DNA of 32,000 bases from Mycolicibacterium smegmatis (GTDB taxonomy: Bacteria > Actinomycetota > Actinomycetes > Mycobacteriales > Mycobacteriaceae), in assembly GCF_001457595.1 (NCBI RefSeq), contig NZ_LN831039.1, positions 780,001 to 812,000 of the forward strand, given 5' to 3'. Shown here in pieces: positions 1 to 9,034 of the stretch. The first letter of the stretch is position 1. Each line of letters begins with the position of its first letter. Under the pieces are notes generated by a model, which worked only from the letters and a program-made list of their open reading frames with translations, was not told the origin of the DNA and searched no databases. A program made the translations under genes and the position numbers.

Positions 1-568
1 CAAGACCGGGTTCACCACCGGCCCGGGCGGCGTCACCGCCTCGAGTGGGGTGGTGCCCGACATCGTCTGTCTCGCCAAGGCGCTCGGCGGGGGTATCGCC
101 GTCGCGGCCATCGGCGGCACCACGCGCGTCATGTCGGCCATCGCCGACGGACGCTACGAACAGGTCGGCACGTTCAACGGCAACCCCCTGGCGATGGCGG
201 CCACCCGCGCCACCCTGAGCGAGGTGCTCACCGACGAGGCGTACGCGCATCTGGACTCTCTGGCCGCAGACCTGCGCGAGCGGTTGACGAGCGTGATCAC
301 CGAGCACGGGGTTGACTGGCACGTGGTGGCCGTCGGCGCGAAAGGGTGCGTGACCTTCCGCAAGGAACCGGTGCGGGAATATCGTGATTTCCTGCAGATC
401 GACGACCGCCTCGGCCATCTGCACTGGCTGATGCAGCACAACGGCGGTGTTTTCCTGCCGCCATGGGGGAAGGTGGAGCAATGGCTGCTGTCCGTCCAGC
501 ACGACACCGCCGATGTCGACCGGTTCGTCGCCAACTTCGCACGCCTCGCCGCGGCGGTGGCCAACTGA
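1..568 (+). CDS. Class-III pyridoxal-phosphate aminotransferase / glutamate-1-semialdehyde aminomutase-like, C-terminal part (5' end outside window)
   Basis: Frame 2 is open from base 2 ([39 protein letters not shown]...), with the PLP-lysine context [13 protein letters not shown] and the [11 protein letters not shown] motif typical of class-III aminotransferases. Confidence 0.85.
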   Translation, partial: KTGFTTGPGGVTASSGVVPDIVCLAKALGGGIAVAAIGGTTRVMSAIADGRYEQVGTFNGNPLAMAATRATLSEVLTDEAYAHLDSLAADLRERLTSVITEHGVDWHVVAVGAKGCVTFRKEPVREYRDFLQIDDRLGHLHWLMQHNGGVFLPPWGKVEQWLLSVQHDTADVDRFVANFARLAAAVAN

Positions 569-584
569 GCGCGGAGGCCGGCCG

Positions 585-1742
585 GTGACCGGCGGTGCCA
601 TCCGCCTGCACCAGTTGGCCAAGGCGTTCGAAGGGGTGCCCGCGGTCGCCGGTATCGACCTGGACATTCCTGCCGGACAGTTCTATTCGCTGCTCGGCGC
701 GTCCGGCTGCGGCAAGACCACCACGCTGCGCATGATCGCCGGATTCGAGAAGCCCGACTCGGGCCGCATCGAACTCGACGGCCGCGACGTCGCGAGCGAC
801 CCGCCCCACAAACGTCCCGTCAACACCGTCTTCCAGACCTACGCGCTGTTCCCGTTCATGAGCGTGTGGGACAACGTCGCCTTCGGCCTGCGCTACCAGA
901 AGGCCCCGCGCGCCGAGGTCACCCGCCGCGTCGGAGAGGCCCTCGAACTGGTCCGCATGGCGGAGTTCGCCAAACGCAAACCCGCACAACTGTCCGGTGG
1001 ACAGCAGCAGCGAGTGGCACTCGCGCGCGCCCTGGTGCTGCGGCCCAGGGTGCTTCTGCTCGACGAACCGCTCGGGGCGCTCGACGCCAAGCTGCGCAAG
1101 CAGTTGCAGCTCGAACTGCGGGCCCTGCAGCGCGAGGTCGGCATCACGTTCGTGTACGTCACGCACGACCAGGAAGAAGCGCTCACGATGAGCGACCAGA
1201 TCGCGGTGATGGCCGAGGGGCGCGTCGAACAGGTCGGCGCACCCACCGAGATCTATTCGGCCCCCGCCACGACGTACGTCGCCGGATTTCTGGGCGCTGC
1301 CAACATCTTCGACGCCGAGCTCACCGAGGCGCCGGGGGCGACCGGCGGTGCGGCGGTGTGCACCGCGATGTCGACGCGACTGAGCGCCTGGGTGGACGGC
1401 GCTGCGGCGCCGGGTCCGGCCGCGATCGTCATCCGCCCCGAGCGCATCACGCTCCAGGGCCCCGACGAGCCCGTCGCGGCGGGTAGCAACGTCATCACGG
1501 GAACCGTGTCACACGTGGTGTACCTGGGTGCCTCGACGCAGGTCCATGTCGACGTGGGGGAGGCCAATTGGCTGGTGGTCGAGGTGCCCAATCATGCCGG
1601 GCCGCAGTCGGTGAGCCAGCAGGCCGGCGCGCGGGTGCACTGCGTGTGCACCCCGGACGCGGTTCGCGTGTTGACACGCAGCCCGGTTGCGGTGATCGCC
1701 GACCCGGTGGTGGAGCCGGAAACCGCGCTCAGCGCGCACTGA
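585..1742 (+). CDS. ABC transporter ATP-binding protein, PotA/spermidine-putrescine (TOBE domain) type
   Basis: Walker [10 protein letters not shown], signature [15 protein letters not shown], Walker [14 protein letters not shown]-loop [11 protein letters not shown]-terminal TOBE-like region. GTG start at 585 inferred from homology start ([16 protein letters not shown]). Confidence 0.93.
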   Translation: MTGGAIRLHQLAKAFEGVPAVAGIDLDIPAGQFYSLLGASGCGKTTTLRMIAGFEKPDSGRIELDGRDVASDPPHKRPVNTVFQTYALFPFMSVWDNVAFGLRYQKAPRAEVTRRVGEALELVRMAEFAKRKPAQLSGGQQQRVALARALVLRPRVLLLDEPLGALDAKLRKQLQLELRALQREVGITFVYVTHDQEEALTMSDQIAVMAEGRVEQVGAPTEIYSAPATTYVAGFLGAANIFDAELTEAPGATGGAAVCTAMSTRLSAWVDGAAAPGPAAIVIRPERITLQGPDEPVAAGSNVITGTVSHVVYLGASTQVHVDVGEANWLVVEVPNHAGPQSVSQQAGARVHCVCTPDAVRVLTRSPVAVIADPVVEPETALSAH

Positions 1743-1749
1743 GCGCGGT
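1722..1749. terminator. Candidate bidirectional hairpin terminator spanning the ends of two convergent genes
   Basis: ACCGCGCTCAG (1722-1732) / CTGAGCGCGGT (1739-1749): perfect 11-bp arms, 6-nt loop, no U-tract. Confidence 0.55.
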
Positions 1750-2438
1750 CAGCGGCGGCGCGGCTGCGAAGCCTTGGCCGACTTGGTGGCCTTCGCGGGC
1801 TTGCGGCCCGAGGCCTTCTTGGGCGGCAGATCGAGCTCACGCTCGCAAAACCGCATCGCGATCTGGTAGGCGACCTCCGCGTCGACCTCGGGATCATCGA
1901 GGGCCACCTGGATGGACAACCCGTCGAGCAGGGCCGAGAACTCCAGGGCGAAGAGCTTGGCGTCCACACCGCTGCGCAGCTCGCCGGGTTCGGCGGATTC
2001 CAGCGCGTCGATGATCATGCGGCGCCACCGCGCGTCCAGTTCGATGCGGCCGGCCTTGACCTCGTCATGCCGGAAAGCCTGCGCCCACAGGTCGAACCAC
2101 AGGCCCCACGCGCCGGGGATGTCATCGGTGCCGCCGTCGGGGACGCACGTCCAGCGGATCAGCAGCGACAACCGCTCGCGCAGCGAGGACACCTCGGCGA
2201 GCATCTGTTCGGCGGCGGTGTAGAACGATTCCTCGGAGTGCCGCAGCGCGTCGACGAGCAGCCGGTCGCGCGTGCCGAAGTAGTAGATGACCAGGGCCGA
2301 GCTGACGCCGGCACGCTTGGCGACATCGGCGATGCGGGTGTCGGAGAAACCGCGCTCGCAGATGAGTTCTGCTGCGGTGCGCAGCATCTGGATCCGCCGA
2401 GCCTCGTTGTTCTCGGTGGCCGGTGCCGGATCTGCCAT
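1749..2438 (-). CDS. TetR/AcrR family transcriptional regulator (BetI-like C-terminal domain style)
   Basis: N-terminal HTH RTAAELICERGFSDTRIADVAKRAGVSSALVIYYFGTRDRLLVDAL; 229 aa; divergent from neighbouring oxidoreductase. Confidence 0.92.
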   Translation of the reverse strand: MADPAPATENNEARRIQMLRTAAELICERGFSDTRIADVAKRAGVSSALVIYYFGTRDRLLVDALRHSEESFYTAAEQMLAEVSSLRERLSLLIRWTCVPDGGTDDIPGAWGLWFDLWAQAFRHDEVKAGRIELDARWRRMIIDALESAEPGELRSGVDAKLFALEFSALLDGLSIQVALDDPEVDAEVAYQIAMRFCERELDLPPKKASGRKPAKATKSAKASQPRRR

Positions 2439-2487
2439 TCTCTGCGAACTCCCTCCACAAGTGGCGACGCTGCTACTTGTCCAAAGC

Positions 2488-2521
2488 CTAACACTTCGTT
2501 AGATTGAACAGTCAGTCAGGA
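2488..2521. promoter_or_regulatory. Candidate TetR operator region (two adjacent inverted repeats)
   Basis: CTAAC-acttc-GTTAG (2488-2502) followed by GATTGA-acag-TCAGTC (2502-2517), located between divergent TetR and flavoprotein genes. The second element recurs at 7498-7520. Confidence 0.6.
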
Positions 2522-2555
2522 TGCCTGTCGCGGTGACGCGAGGTGGGAGTCTCCG

Positions 2556-4217
2556 ATGTCGAACAACTACGACGCACTGGTGATCGGCGGCGGCCACAAC
2601 GGTCTGGTCTCGGCCGCGTATCTGGCCCGCGCAGGCGCCCGCACGTTGGTCCTCGAATCCCGGTCGTCGCTCGGTGGTGCCGCGACCACCGAAGCGCCGT
2701 GGGATGATGCGCCGCACCTGCGGGTCACGCGCCTGTCCTACGTCATGAGCCTCATGCCGCCGACCATCGTGCGCGATCTCGCCCTCGAACGCCACGGCTA
2801 CAAGGTCCATCCCATGGGGCCCTACTACCAGGCCTTCCCCGAAGGCGGATCGCTGACGATCTACGAGGACGATCCGGCGCGCACCTACGAACAACTGTCC
2901 CGGTTCTCGAAGAAGGACGCCGACGCGTGGCCCAAGTGGAACGCGTGGCTCGAAGGCATCGCCGACGTCATGGGCCCGCTGTTGACACAGGTGCCGCCCA
3001 ACATCGGCTCGCACCGTCCTGCTGATCTGCTCGACCTCGCCAAACTCGCGTGGGGGCAACGGGGGATCACGTCGCGCGCCGTCGCCGACATCACGCGTTT
3101 GCTCACCATGAGCATCGCCGACCTGCTCGACGACTGGTTCGAATCCCCCCAGATCAAAGGCGCACTCGCGGTCAACGGCGTGATCGGCACGTGGGCCGGC
3201 CCGTACGAGCCCGGCACCGCGTACGTGATGGCGCACCACTCGATCGGCGACGTCGGCGACGGTCAGTTGGGCAGCTGGGGATTCCCCGAAGGTGGTATGG
3301 GCGCGGTGTCCGCCGCGATCGCGTGCTCGGCGCGCAGTTTCGGCGCCGAAATCCGTACCAACGCACGGGTTTCACGCCTGCTGGTGCGCAACGGACGCGT
3401 CGAGGGTGCCGTGCTGGACAACGGCGACGAGATCCACGCCCCTGTGGTGGTCACCACGTTGCACCCGAAAACCGCGTTCCTGGACCATATCCCGCGCACC
3501 GAACTGCCCCAGGACTTCGTCGGCGACATCGAGCACTGGAAGTCCCGCAGCGGCGTCGTCAAGATCAACCTGGCGCTGGCCGAGCTGCCGAACTTCACCG
3601 CCGACCCCAGCTCCGGCATCGCCGAGCACCACACCGGATCGGTCGAGATGGCCCCCACCATGGAGTTCATCGAGGCCGCGTTCCAGGATGCCCGCAACGG
3701 CAAACCCGCGCTGTTGCCGTTCAGCGACGGCGTCATCCCCACCACACTCGACACCACGCTCAATCCCGATGGCACACACATCATGTCGCTGTTCACACAG
3801 TGGGTTCCCGCCGAGTGGGCAGCCGAGCCGCACACCGAGGAACTCGACGCGTACGCCGACCGCCTCATCGAGCTGTACGACCAGGTGGCCCCCGGCTTCA
3901 AGGCGTCGATCACCCACCGCGACATCGTGGGCCCGTACGACATGGAGCATGAGTACGGTTTGATCGGCGGCAACATCTTCCACGGCGAACTGTCGCTGGA
4001 GCAGCTGTTCCACATGCGGCCCGCACCCGGCTACGCCGACTACCGCACACCTATCGCCGGTCTGTACAACGGCAGTTCGGCCACCCACGCCGGGGGCGGA
4101 GTGTGCGGCATCCCCGGCTGGCAGGCCGCGCGCGCGGTGCTGGCCGACAAGAAGCGCGCACGCCGAAGCGAGGCCCTGCGTAAGCGACTGCCCGCGGCAC
4201 TGGGCGGGCGCTCCTGA
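2556..4217 (+). CDS. FAD-dependent oxidoreductase, phytoene dehydrogenase/CrtI-like (PYROXD2-like)
   Basis: N-terminal dinucleotide-binding motif VIGGGHNGLVSAAYLARAG; C-terminal GLYNGSSATHAGGGVCGIPGWQAAR typical of the family; 553 aa. Confidence 0.9.
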   Translation: MSNNYDALVIGGGHNGLVSAAYLARAGARTLVLESRSSLGGAATTEAPWDDAPHLRVTRLSYVMSLMPPTIVRDLALERHGYKVHPMGPYYQAFPEGGSLTIYEDDPARTYEQLSRFSKKDADAWPKWNAWLEGIADVMGPLLTQVPPNIGSHRPADLLDLAKLAWGQRGITSRAVADITRLLTMSIADLLDDWFESPQIKGALAVNGVIGTWAGPYEPGTAYVMAHHSIGDVGDGQLGSWGFPEGGMGAVSAAIACSARSFGAEIRTNARVSRLLVRNGRVEGAVLDNGDEIHAPVVVTTLHPKTAFLDHIPRTELPQDFVGDIEHWKSRSGVVKINLALAELPNFTADPSSGIAEHHTGSVEMAPTMEFIEAAFQDARNGKPALLPFSDGVIPTTLDTTLNPDGTHIMSLFTQWVPAEWAAEPHTEELDAYADRLIELYDQVAPGFKASITHRDIVGPYDMEHEYGLIGGNIFHGELSLEQLFHMRPAPGYADYRTPIAGLYNGSSATHAGGGVCGIPGWQAARAVLADKKRARRSEALRKRLPAALGGRS

Positions 4218-4261
4218 ACGCGCACGTCACAGTCGGCGATCTGACGGCACGGCGCGCCGCC

Positions 4262-6289
4262 GTGGCCACCATGCTCGGCGCGCGGTCGATGGCCGTGATC
4301 GGCGCCAGCGCGCGCCCGGGCAGTTTCGGCGAGCGCATGGTGATCGAGGCCCGGCGAGGCTCGGCGCGAACACATCTGGTGAACCCCCGCTACCGCCGTA
4401 TCGGCGACCTCCCGTGCCACGCGTCGCTCGACGACCTCGACGAGGTACCCGACCTGGTGCTGCTGGGGGTCCCCGACGACGCGCTGATCGACCAACTGCA
4501 GGCCGCGGCCGCTGCCGGTGTGCGTTCGGCGGTGCTGTTCGGATCGGCGCACGGGGCCGGGATGCGCAGGGCCATCACCGACATCGCGACGCGCGCGGGG
4601 ATGGCGTTGTGCGGTGCCGGGTGCATGGGCTTCGTCAACACCGTCACCGGCGTGCGTGCTCTGGGCTATCTGGAGCCGGATCCGCTTCCCGCCGGCGGCG
4701 TATCGCTGGTGACGCACTCCGGGTCGGCGTTCTCGACCCTGCTGCGCGCGCGTCGCGGATTCGGATTCCGCCTCGCGGTGTCGTCCGGGCAGGAGCTCGT
4801 CACCGACACGGCCGACTACGTCGAATACGCGCTGGACGATCCCGGCACCCAGGTGATCGGCTTGCTGCTGGAGACCCCCCGCGCGGCGCCCCGCCTGCGT
4901 AACGTTTTGCGGCAGGCCGCCGAACGGGACGTCCCGGTCGTCATCCTCACGGTCGGCGGTTCACCGCGGGGACGTGCGATGGTGGCCGCGCACTCCGGCG
5001 CGCTGGCGGGCGACGCCGCGGGCTGGGCGGCGTTCTGCGCCTCCACGGGAGCGGTCCGTACCACCGACCTCACCGAGTTCACCGACACGCTCGAGCTTTT
5101 CGCGTGTGAGGCGCGGTCCGGGCGGCTTCAGCGACGGGGAGGGGGTAGGGGGATCGCGACTGTGCACGACTCGGGTGCCGAGCGTGCCCTGTGCGCGGAC
5201 GTGGCCCACGAGATCGGCGTCGAGTTCGCCGAGTTGTCACCGCGGACGCTGGGCGTGATCGGTGATCTGCTGGACGACGGGTTGACTCCGTCGAACCCGC
5301 TCGACATGTGGGGCACGGGTGCCGATACCCGGACGGTGTTCGGGGGTTGTCTGCGTGCGATGGTCGAGGACCCGGCGGTCGCGGTCACGGCGTTGGCCGT
5401 CGACCTGGTCACCGAGTACGACGGCGACACGGCCTACACCGATGCCGTGCTCGACGTCGAGGGTCAGGCGCCGCTGGCGGTGCTGGCCTCGGTGCCGTCG
5501 GCGATCGACCCGGTGATGGCGCAGCGACTGCGTGACCGTGGGGTGGCCGTGCTGGAGGGCATGCGCAGCGGTCTGGCGGCCATGGGACATCTCGCGGCGT
5601 GGCCGCTCCTGGTGGACACAGAACCTGTTGTGGTCGACCCGGTTCGGCGTGACCGGTGGTCGCGGGCCACGGGTCCGGCGTTCGACCTGCTGGCCGATTA
5701 CGGCGTCGCGGTGCCCGATTCCCGGCCGGCGCACTCGCGTGTCGAGGTGGTCGCGGCCGCCGCCGCGATCGGTTACCCGGTCGCGGTGAAAACCGCGGGG
5801 GCGGCGCACAAGAGCGACGTCGGGGGAGTGGTGCTGGGCGTGAGCGGGCCCGACGAGGTGGTGGCCGTGTACGACGACATGGCGGCCCGGCTGGGACCGG
5901 CCGTGAGCGTCGATGCCATGGTGCCCGCAGGGGTCGAGGTCTCGGTCGGATTCGTGCGCGACGCGGCCTTCGGTCCGCTGGTGGTGGTCGCGGCCGGTGG
6001 GGTGGCGGTGGAACTGCACGGCGACCGTGTCGTGGTGTGCCCGCCGGTGTCACGCACCACGGCACGACGCATCGTCGATCAGCTCCGGATCGCGCCCCTG
6101 CTCACCGGGTGGCGCGGCGGACCGGTTGCCGACATCGACGCACTGGTGGACGTGATCGTCGCGTTCTCGGCCATGGCGGTCGAACTCGGCGACATGCTCG
6201 ACGCGGTCGAGGCGAACCCTGTGATCGTGTCGGCCACCGGTGCGGTCGCCGTCGACGCGTTGGTGGTGCCTAACTCGGTGCCCGGCTGA
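4262..6289 (+). CDS. CoA-binding/ATP-grasp NDP-forming acetate-CoA ligase-like (acyl-CoA synthetase family) protein
   Basis: CoA-binding domain MAVIGASARPGSFGERM; succinyl-CoA-ligase-like flavodoxin domains (VSLVTHSGSAFS; VVILTVGGSPRGRAMVAAHSGALAGD); ATP-grasp region YPVAVKTAGAAHKSDVGGVVLGV. Exact start uncertain. Confidence 0.88.
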   Translation: MATMLGARSMAVIGASARPGSFGERMVIEARRGSARTHLVNPRYRRIGDLPCHASLDDLDEVPDLVLLGVPDDALIDQLQAAAAAGVRSAVLFGSAHGAGMRRAITDIATRAGMALCGAGCMGFVNTVTGVRALGYLEPDPLPAGGVSLVTHSGSAFSTLLRARRGFGFRLAVSSGQELVTDTADYVEYALDDPGTQVIGLLLETPRAAPRLRNVLRQAAERDVPVVILTVGGSPRGRAMVAAHSGALAGDAAGWAAFCASTGAVRTTDLTEFTDTLELFACEARSGRLQRRGGGRGIATVHDSGAERALCADVAHEIGVEFAELSPRTLGVIGDLLDDGLTPSNPLDMWGTGADTRTVFGGCLRAMVEDPAVAVTALAVDLVTEYDGDTAYTDAVLDVEGQAPLAVLASVPSAIDPVMAQRLRDRGVAVLEGMRSGLAAMGHLAAWPLLVDTEPVVVDPVRRDRWSRATGPAFDLLADYGVAVPDSRPAHSRVEVVAAAAAIGYPVAVKTAGAAHKSDVGGVVLGVSGPDEVVAVYDDMAARLGPAVSVDAMVPAGVEVSVGFVRDAAFGPLVVVAAGGVAVELHGDRVVVCPPVSRTTARRIVDQLRIAPLLTGWRGGPVADIDALVDVIVAFSAMAVELGDMLDAVEANPVIVSATGAVAVDALVVPNSVPG

Positions 6290-7481
6290 CCTGTTCGGGA
6301 AACGGTAGCGAAATCGGTTCGGGGGCAACACGGCTGTGCCCCTCGGCGTCGAACCGGTCGAGCCCCAGGTCGGTCAGATCGAGCCACGCACATGTTCCTG
6401 TGGTGGTGAGGTCGGCGGCCACCTGGGCCACCGCCGGGCCCCACATCATGCCGTGCCCGGCCGGGCTGGCCACCACCGTACCGTCGATCGGGCCGTCGTC
6501 GCCGATCAGCGGTCCGAGGATGGGCAGATGGTCGGGGGTGTAGTCGATGGTCGCGGCCCACGCCCGTCGCAGACCCAATCCCTTGACCACGGGCAGCAGT
6601 TCACCGATCCGGTGGCGCATCTTGTCGTAGTACACCCAGTCGAACTCGCGGGCCGCGCCGGGCAATTCCTCCGGATTGCTCATCCCCCACAGCAGACCGC
6701 CGGATTCCCCGGGCCGCCAATAAATCCCCGACATCAGGTCGAAGACCATGGGCAGTGCGTGCACATCGACAGGCAGTGGCTCGGTGACCACCACCTGGTG
6801 GCGGGTCCCGCCGGCCGGGATGCGCCCGCCTGCGCGGCTGCCGACCTCGGAGAGCTGCGGACCGCCGGTGAGCACCACGTGCCCGGTGTCGACGGGGCCG
6901 GCGGAGGTGTCGACGCCGACGACGCGGCCCGACTCGGTGCGCAGGCCGAGGAACGTGCAGTGCTCGCGCACATCGACACGGTGGACGGCGAGTGCGGCAC
7001 TGTACGCCAACACGTTTCGCGGCGCGTCGATGTATCCGTCACCGGGCGCGTAGGACGCGCCCATGGTGACGCCGGGGGACAGGCCCGTCTCGCGCGCGTC
7101 GATGTCGGACGACGAGAGCCATTCGACCTGCAACCCGAGGCTCTTCTGCAGCGCGATGCGCGCGTGCGCCTGCTGCACCTCGGCCTCGCTGAAGCACGGC
7201 ATGAGATAGCCCTGTGCCCGGAACCCGCAGTCCAGGGGGAAGCGGTCCCCGCTCTCGCGGTAGAAGTCCTGCGCCCGCATGCCCAAGCGGATGGCCGTCT
7301 CGGTGCCGCCCTGAGCGCGCACCATGCCCGCGGCGCGACTGCTCGCGCCGTCACCGAGGGTGGCCGCCTCGAGCAGAACCACGTGTTCCACACCGCTTTC
7401 GGCGAGCAGCACGGCGGTCCACGCGCCGACGGTGCCGCCGCCGACCACCACGACATCGGCCGTGGAAGATGAGCTGGTCAT
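6270..7481 (-). CDS. FAD-dependent oxidoreductase, DAO (glycine/sarcosine/D-amino acid oxidase) family
   Basis: ADVVVVGGGTVGAWTAVLLAESG FAD-binding N-terminus; C-terminal ATIDYTPDHLPILGPLIG...GHGMMWGPA. The ORF track starts at 7499; MTSSSS start at 7481 looks more likely. Confidence 0.88.
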   Translation of the reverse strand: MTSSSSTADVVVVGGGTVGAWTAVLLAESGVEHVVLLEAATLGDGASSRAAGMVRAQGGTETAIRLGMRAQDFYRESGDRFPLDCGFRAQGYLMPCFSEAEVQQAHARIALQKSLGLQVEWLSSSDIDARETGLSPGVTMGASYAPGDGYIDAPRNVLAYSAALAVHRVDVREHCTFLGLRTESGRVVGVDTSAGPVDTGHVVLTGGPQLSEVGSRAGGRIPAGGTRHQVVVTEPLPVDVHALPMVFDLMSGIYWRPGESGGLLWGMSNPEELPGAAREFDWVYYDKMRHRIGELLPVVKGLGLRRAWAATIDYTPDHLPILGPLIGDDGPIDGTVVASPAGHGMMWGPAVAQVAADLTTTGTCAWLDLTDLGLDRFDAEGHSRVAPEPISLPFPEQVSRAPS

Positions 7482-7500
7482 ACTCCGAAACCGTGGCATA

Positions 7501-7516
7501 GACTGAACGATCAGTC
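7501..7516. promoter_or_regulatory. Candidate TetR operator, same family as the site at 2502-2517
   Basis: GACTGA-acga-TCAGTC perfect 6-bp inverted repeat between divergent genes. Confidence 0.6.
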
Positions 7517-7556
7517 AAGAGGTCGAGGGCGCCGCCGAAGAGATGGGGTACACCGC

Positions 7557-8735
7557 ATGTACGGGCTGAGCGACGAGGACTTGCGCATCCGCGACACGGC
7601 ATCCGCATTCGCCGAATCCCTGATGCCGTATGAGGCCGAAGCCGAGGCCGCGGGCGGCAAGATGCCCAAGGAACTGACGGAGAAGTTCCAGGCCCGCGCA
7701 ATCGAATTGGGCCTGTATGCCACGAACATCCCGAAATCCGCGGGCGGCCCCGGCTGCACCGCGCTGCAGCAGGTTCTGGTCCAGGAGCAGGTCGGGCGCG
7801 TGACCAACGGCCTGGCGTGGGTCATGCACACCCCGCCGCAGTGGTGGGTCGAAGTCGCCACCGACCATCAGCGACAACGGTGGCTGCTACCGACGGTGCG
7901 CGGCGAGAAGCACGAGGCCTATGCGATCACCGAGGAGTTCGCCGGCTCCGACGTGTCCGACCTCGCGGCCACCGCCCGCCGAGAGGGCGACGAGTACGTC
8001 ATCAACGCCGTCAAGTGGCACGTCACGTCGTTCAACCTCGCCGACTACGTGTTCGTGCAGGCCGTGCTCGAAAACGGTGACCACGCAGGCGATCACGTAC
8101 TGCTCGTGGTGGATCTTCCCTCACCCGGCGTCGAGGTGGTCCGCACACCGCAGTACAGCCACCACATCGCCGACGAGCACCCCATCGTGGCGTTCACCGA
8201 TGTGCGGGTGCCCGCGACGCATCTCGTCGGCGCCGAGGGACAGGGCATGACGTTCACGCAGGACTGGTTCCGGTTCGAACGGCTCATGGTCGCGGCGCGC
8301 TGCGTGGGAGCCGCCCAGCGCCTGCTCGACGAGACGACGGCCTTCGCCCGGACCCGCATCGTCGACGGCAAGCCGCTGGGCGACCACCAACTCGTGGCGG
8401 GCATGCTCGCCGACAGCGCCACCGAACTGTTCGCGGCCCGCACCATGCTCTACGAGGTGGCCCGGTCCATCGATGCGGGGCTGGACCGCAAGACCCTGCA
8501 CGGGCAGGCCTCGATGGCCAAGCTGTACTGCTCGGAGATGGCCGGACGGGCCGCTGATCGCGCCGTGCAGGTGTTCGGAGGTCGCGGCTACATGCGGGAG
8601 AACGTCGCCGAACGCATGTTCCGGGAGTTGCGCGTCGAGCGGATCTGGGAAGGCGCCAGCGAGATCCAACGGATCATCGTGGCCCGCCAGCTGATGAACC
8701 GCGGACCGCAGGCGCTTCTGGGCACAGCCGGCTGA
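7557..8735 (+). CDS. Acyl-CoA dehydrogenase family protein
   Basis: 392 aa; VQVFGGRGYMRENVAERMFRELRVERIWEGASEIQRIIVARQL is a classic ACAD C-terminal signature. Confidence 0.95.
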   Translation: MYGLSDEDLRIRDTASAFAESLMPYEAEAEAAGGKMPKELTEKFQARAIELGLYATNIPKSAGGPGCTALQQVLVQEQVGRVTNGLAWVMHTPPQWWVEVATDHQRQRWLLPTVRGEKHEAYAITEEFAGSDVSDLAATARREGDEYVINAVKWHVTSFNLADYVFVQAVLENGDHAGDHVLLVVDLPSPGVEVVRTPQYSHHIADEHPIVAFTDVRVPATHLVGAEGQGMTFTQDWFRFERLMVAARCVGAAQRLLDETTAFARTRIVDGKPLGDHQLVAGMLADSATELFAARTMLYEVARSIDAGLDRKTLHGQASMAKLYCSEMAGRAADRAVQVFGGRGYMRENVAERMFRELRVERIWEGASEIQRIIVARQLMNRGPQALLGTAG

Positions 8736-8761
8736 GTTCGCCGACGGTCGGCTGTGCCCAG
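8718..8761. terminator. Strong hairpin overlapping the acyl-CoA dehydrogenase stop codon region
   Basis: CTGGGCACAGCCG (8718-8730) / CGGCTGTGCCCAG (8749-8761): perfect 13-bp arms, 18-nt spacer that can extend the stem by wobble pairs; no U-tract. Confidence 0.6.
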
Positions 8762-8780
8762 GAGTCGCTACTGTGATGGC

Positions 8781-8990
8781 ATGCGAAGTGTCGGCGCGGT
8801 TGTCCTCGGCATCGTGGGTGTGTTCGTCACATTGTGCGGCCTGCTGTTCGCGCTGCAGGGTTTCGGTGTGGTGGGCGGCAGTCCGATGAGCAACACCACC
8901 ACGTGGTCGATCCTCGGCCCGATCATCCTGCTCGTGGGGGTCGGCATCGCAGTGACCGGATGGCGCGTCGGGCGGGCGTCCCGTCGCTGA
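8781..8990 (+). CDS. Small putative membrane protein with two hydrophobic segments
   Basis: MRSVGAVVLGIVGVFVTLCGLLFALQGFGVVGGSPMSNTTTWSILGPIILLVGVGIAVTGWRVGRASRR; two predicted TM stretches and basic C-terminus. Confidence 0.75.
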   Translation: MRSVGAVVLGIVGVFVTLCGLLFALQGFGVVGGSPMSNTTTWSILGPIILLVGVGIAVTGWRVGRASRR

Positions 8991-9034
8991 CCCCTGAGGG
9001 TTCGACCGGCCGCATTCGGGGTATGGCTTGCCGG

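Noticed and set aside
2556-4217. Possible carotenoid biosynthesis gene
   Set aside because: The protein is CrtI-like, but no crtB, crtE or crtY-like genes are nearby and it shares an operator with amine/acyl oxidation genes, so a biosynthetic role is not supported.
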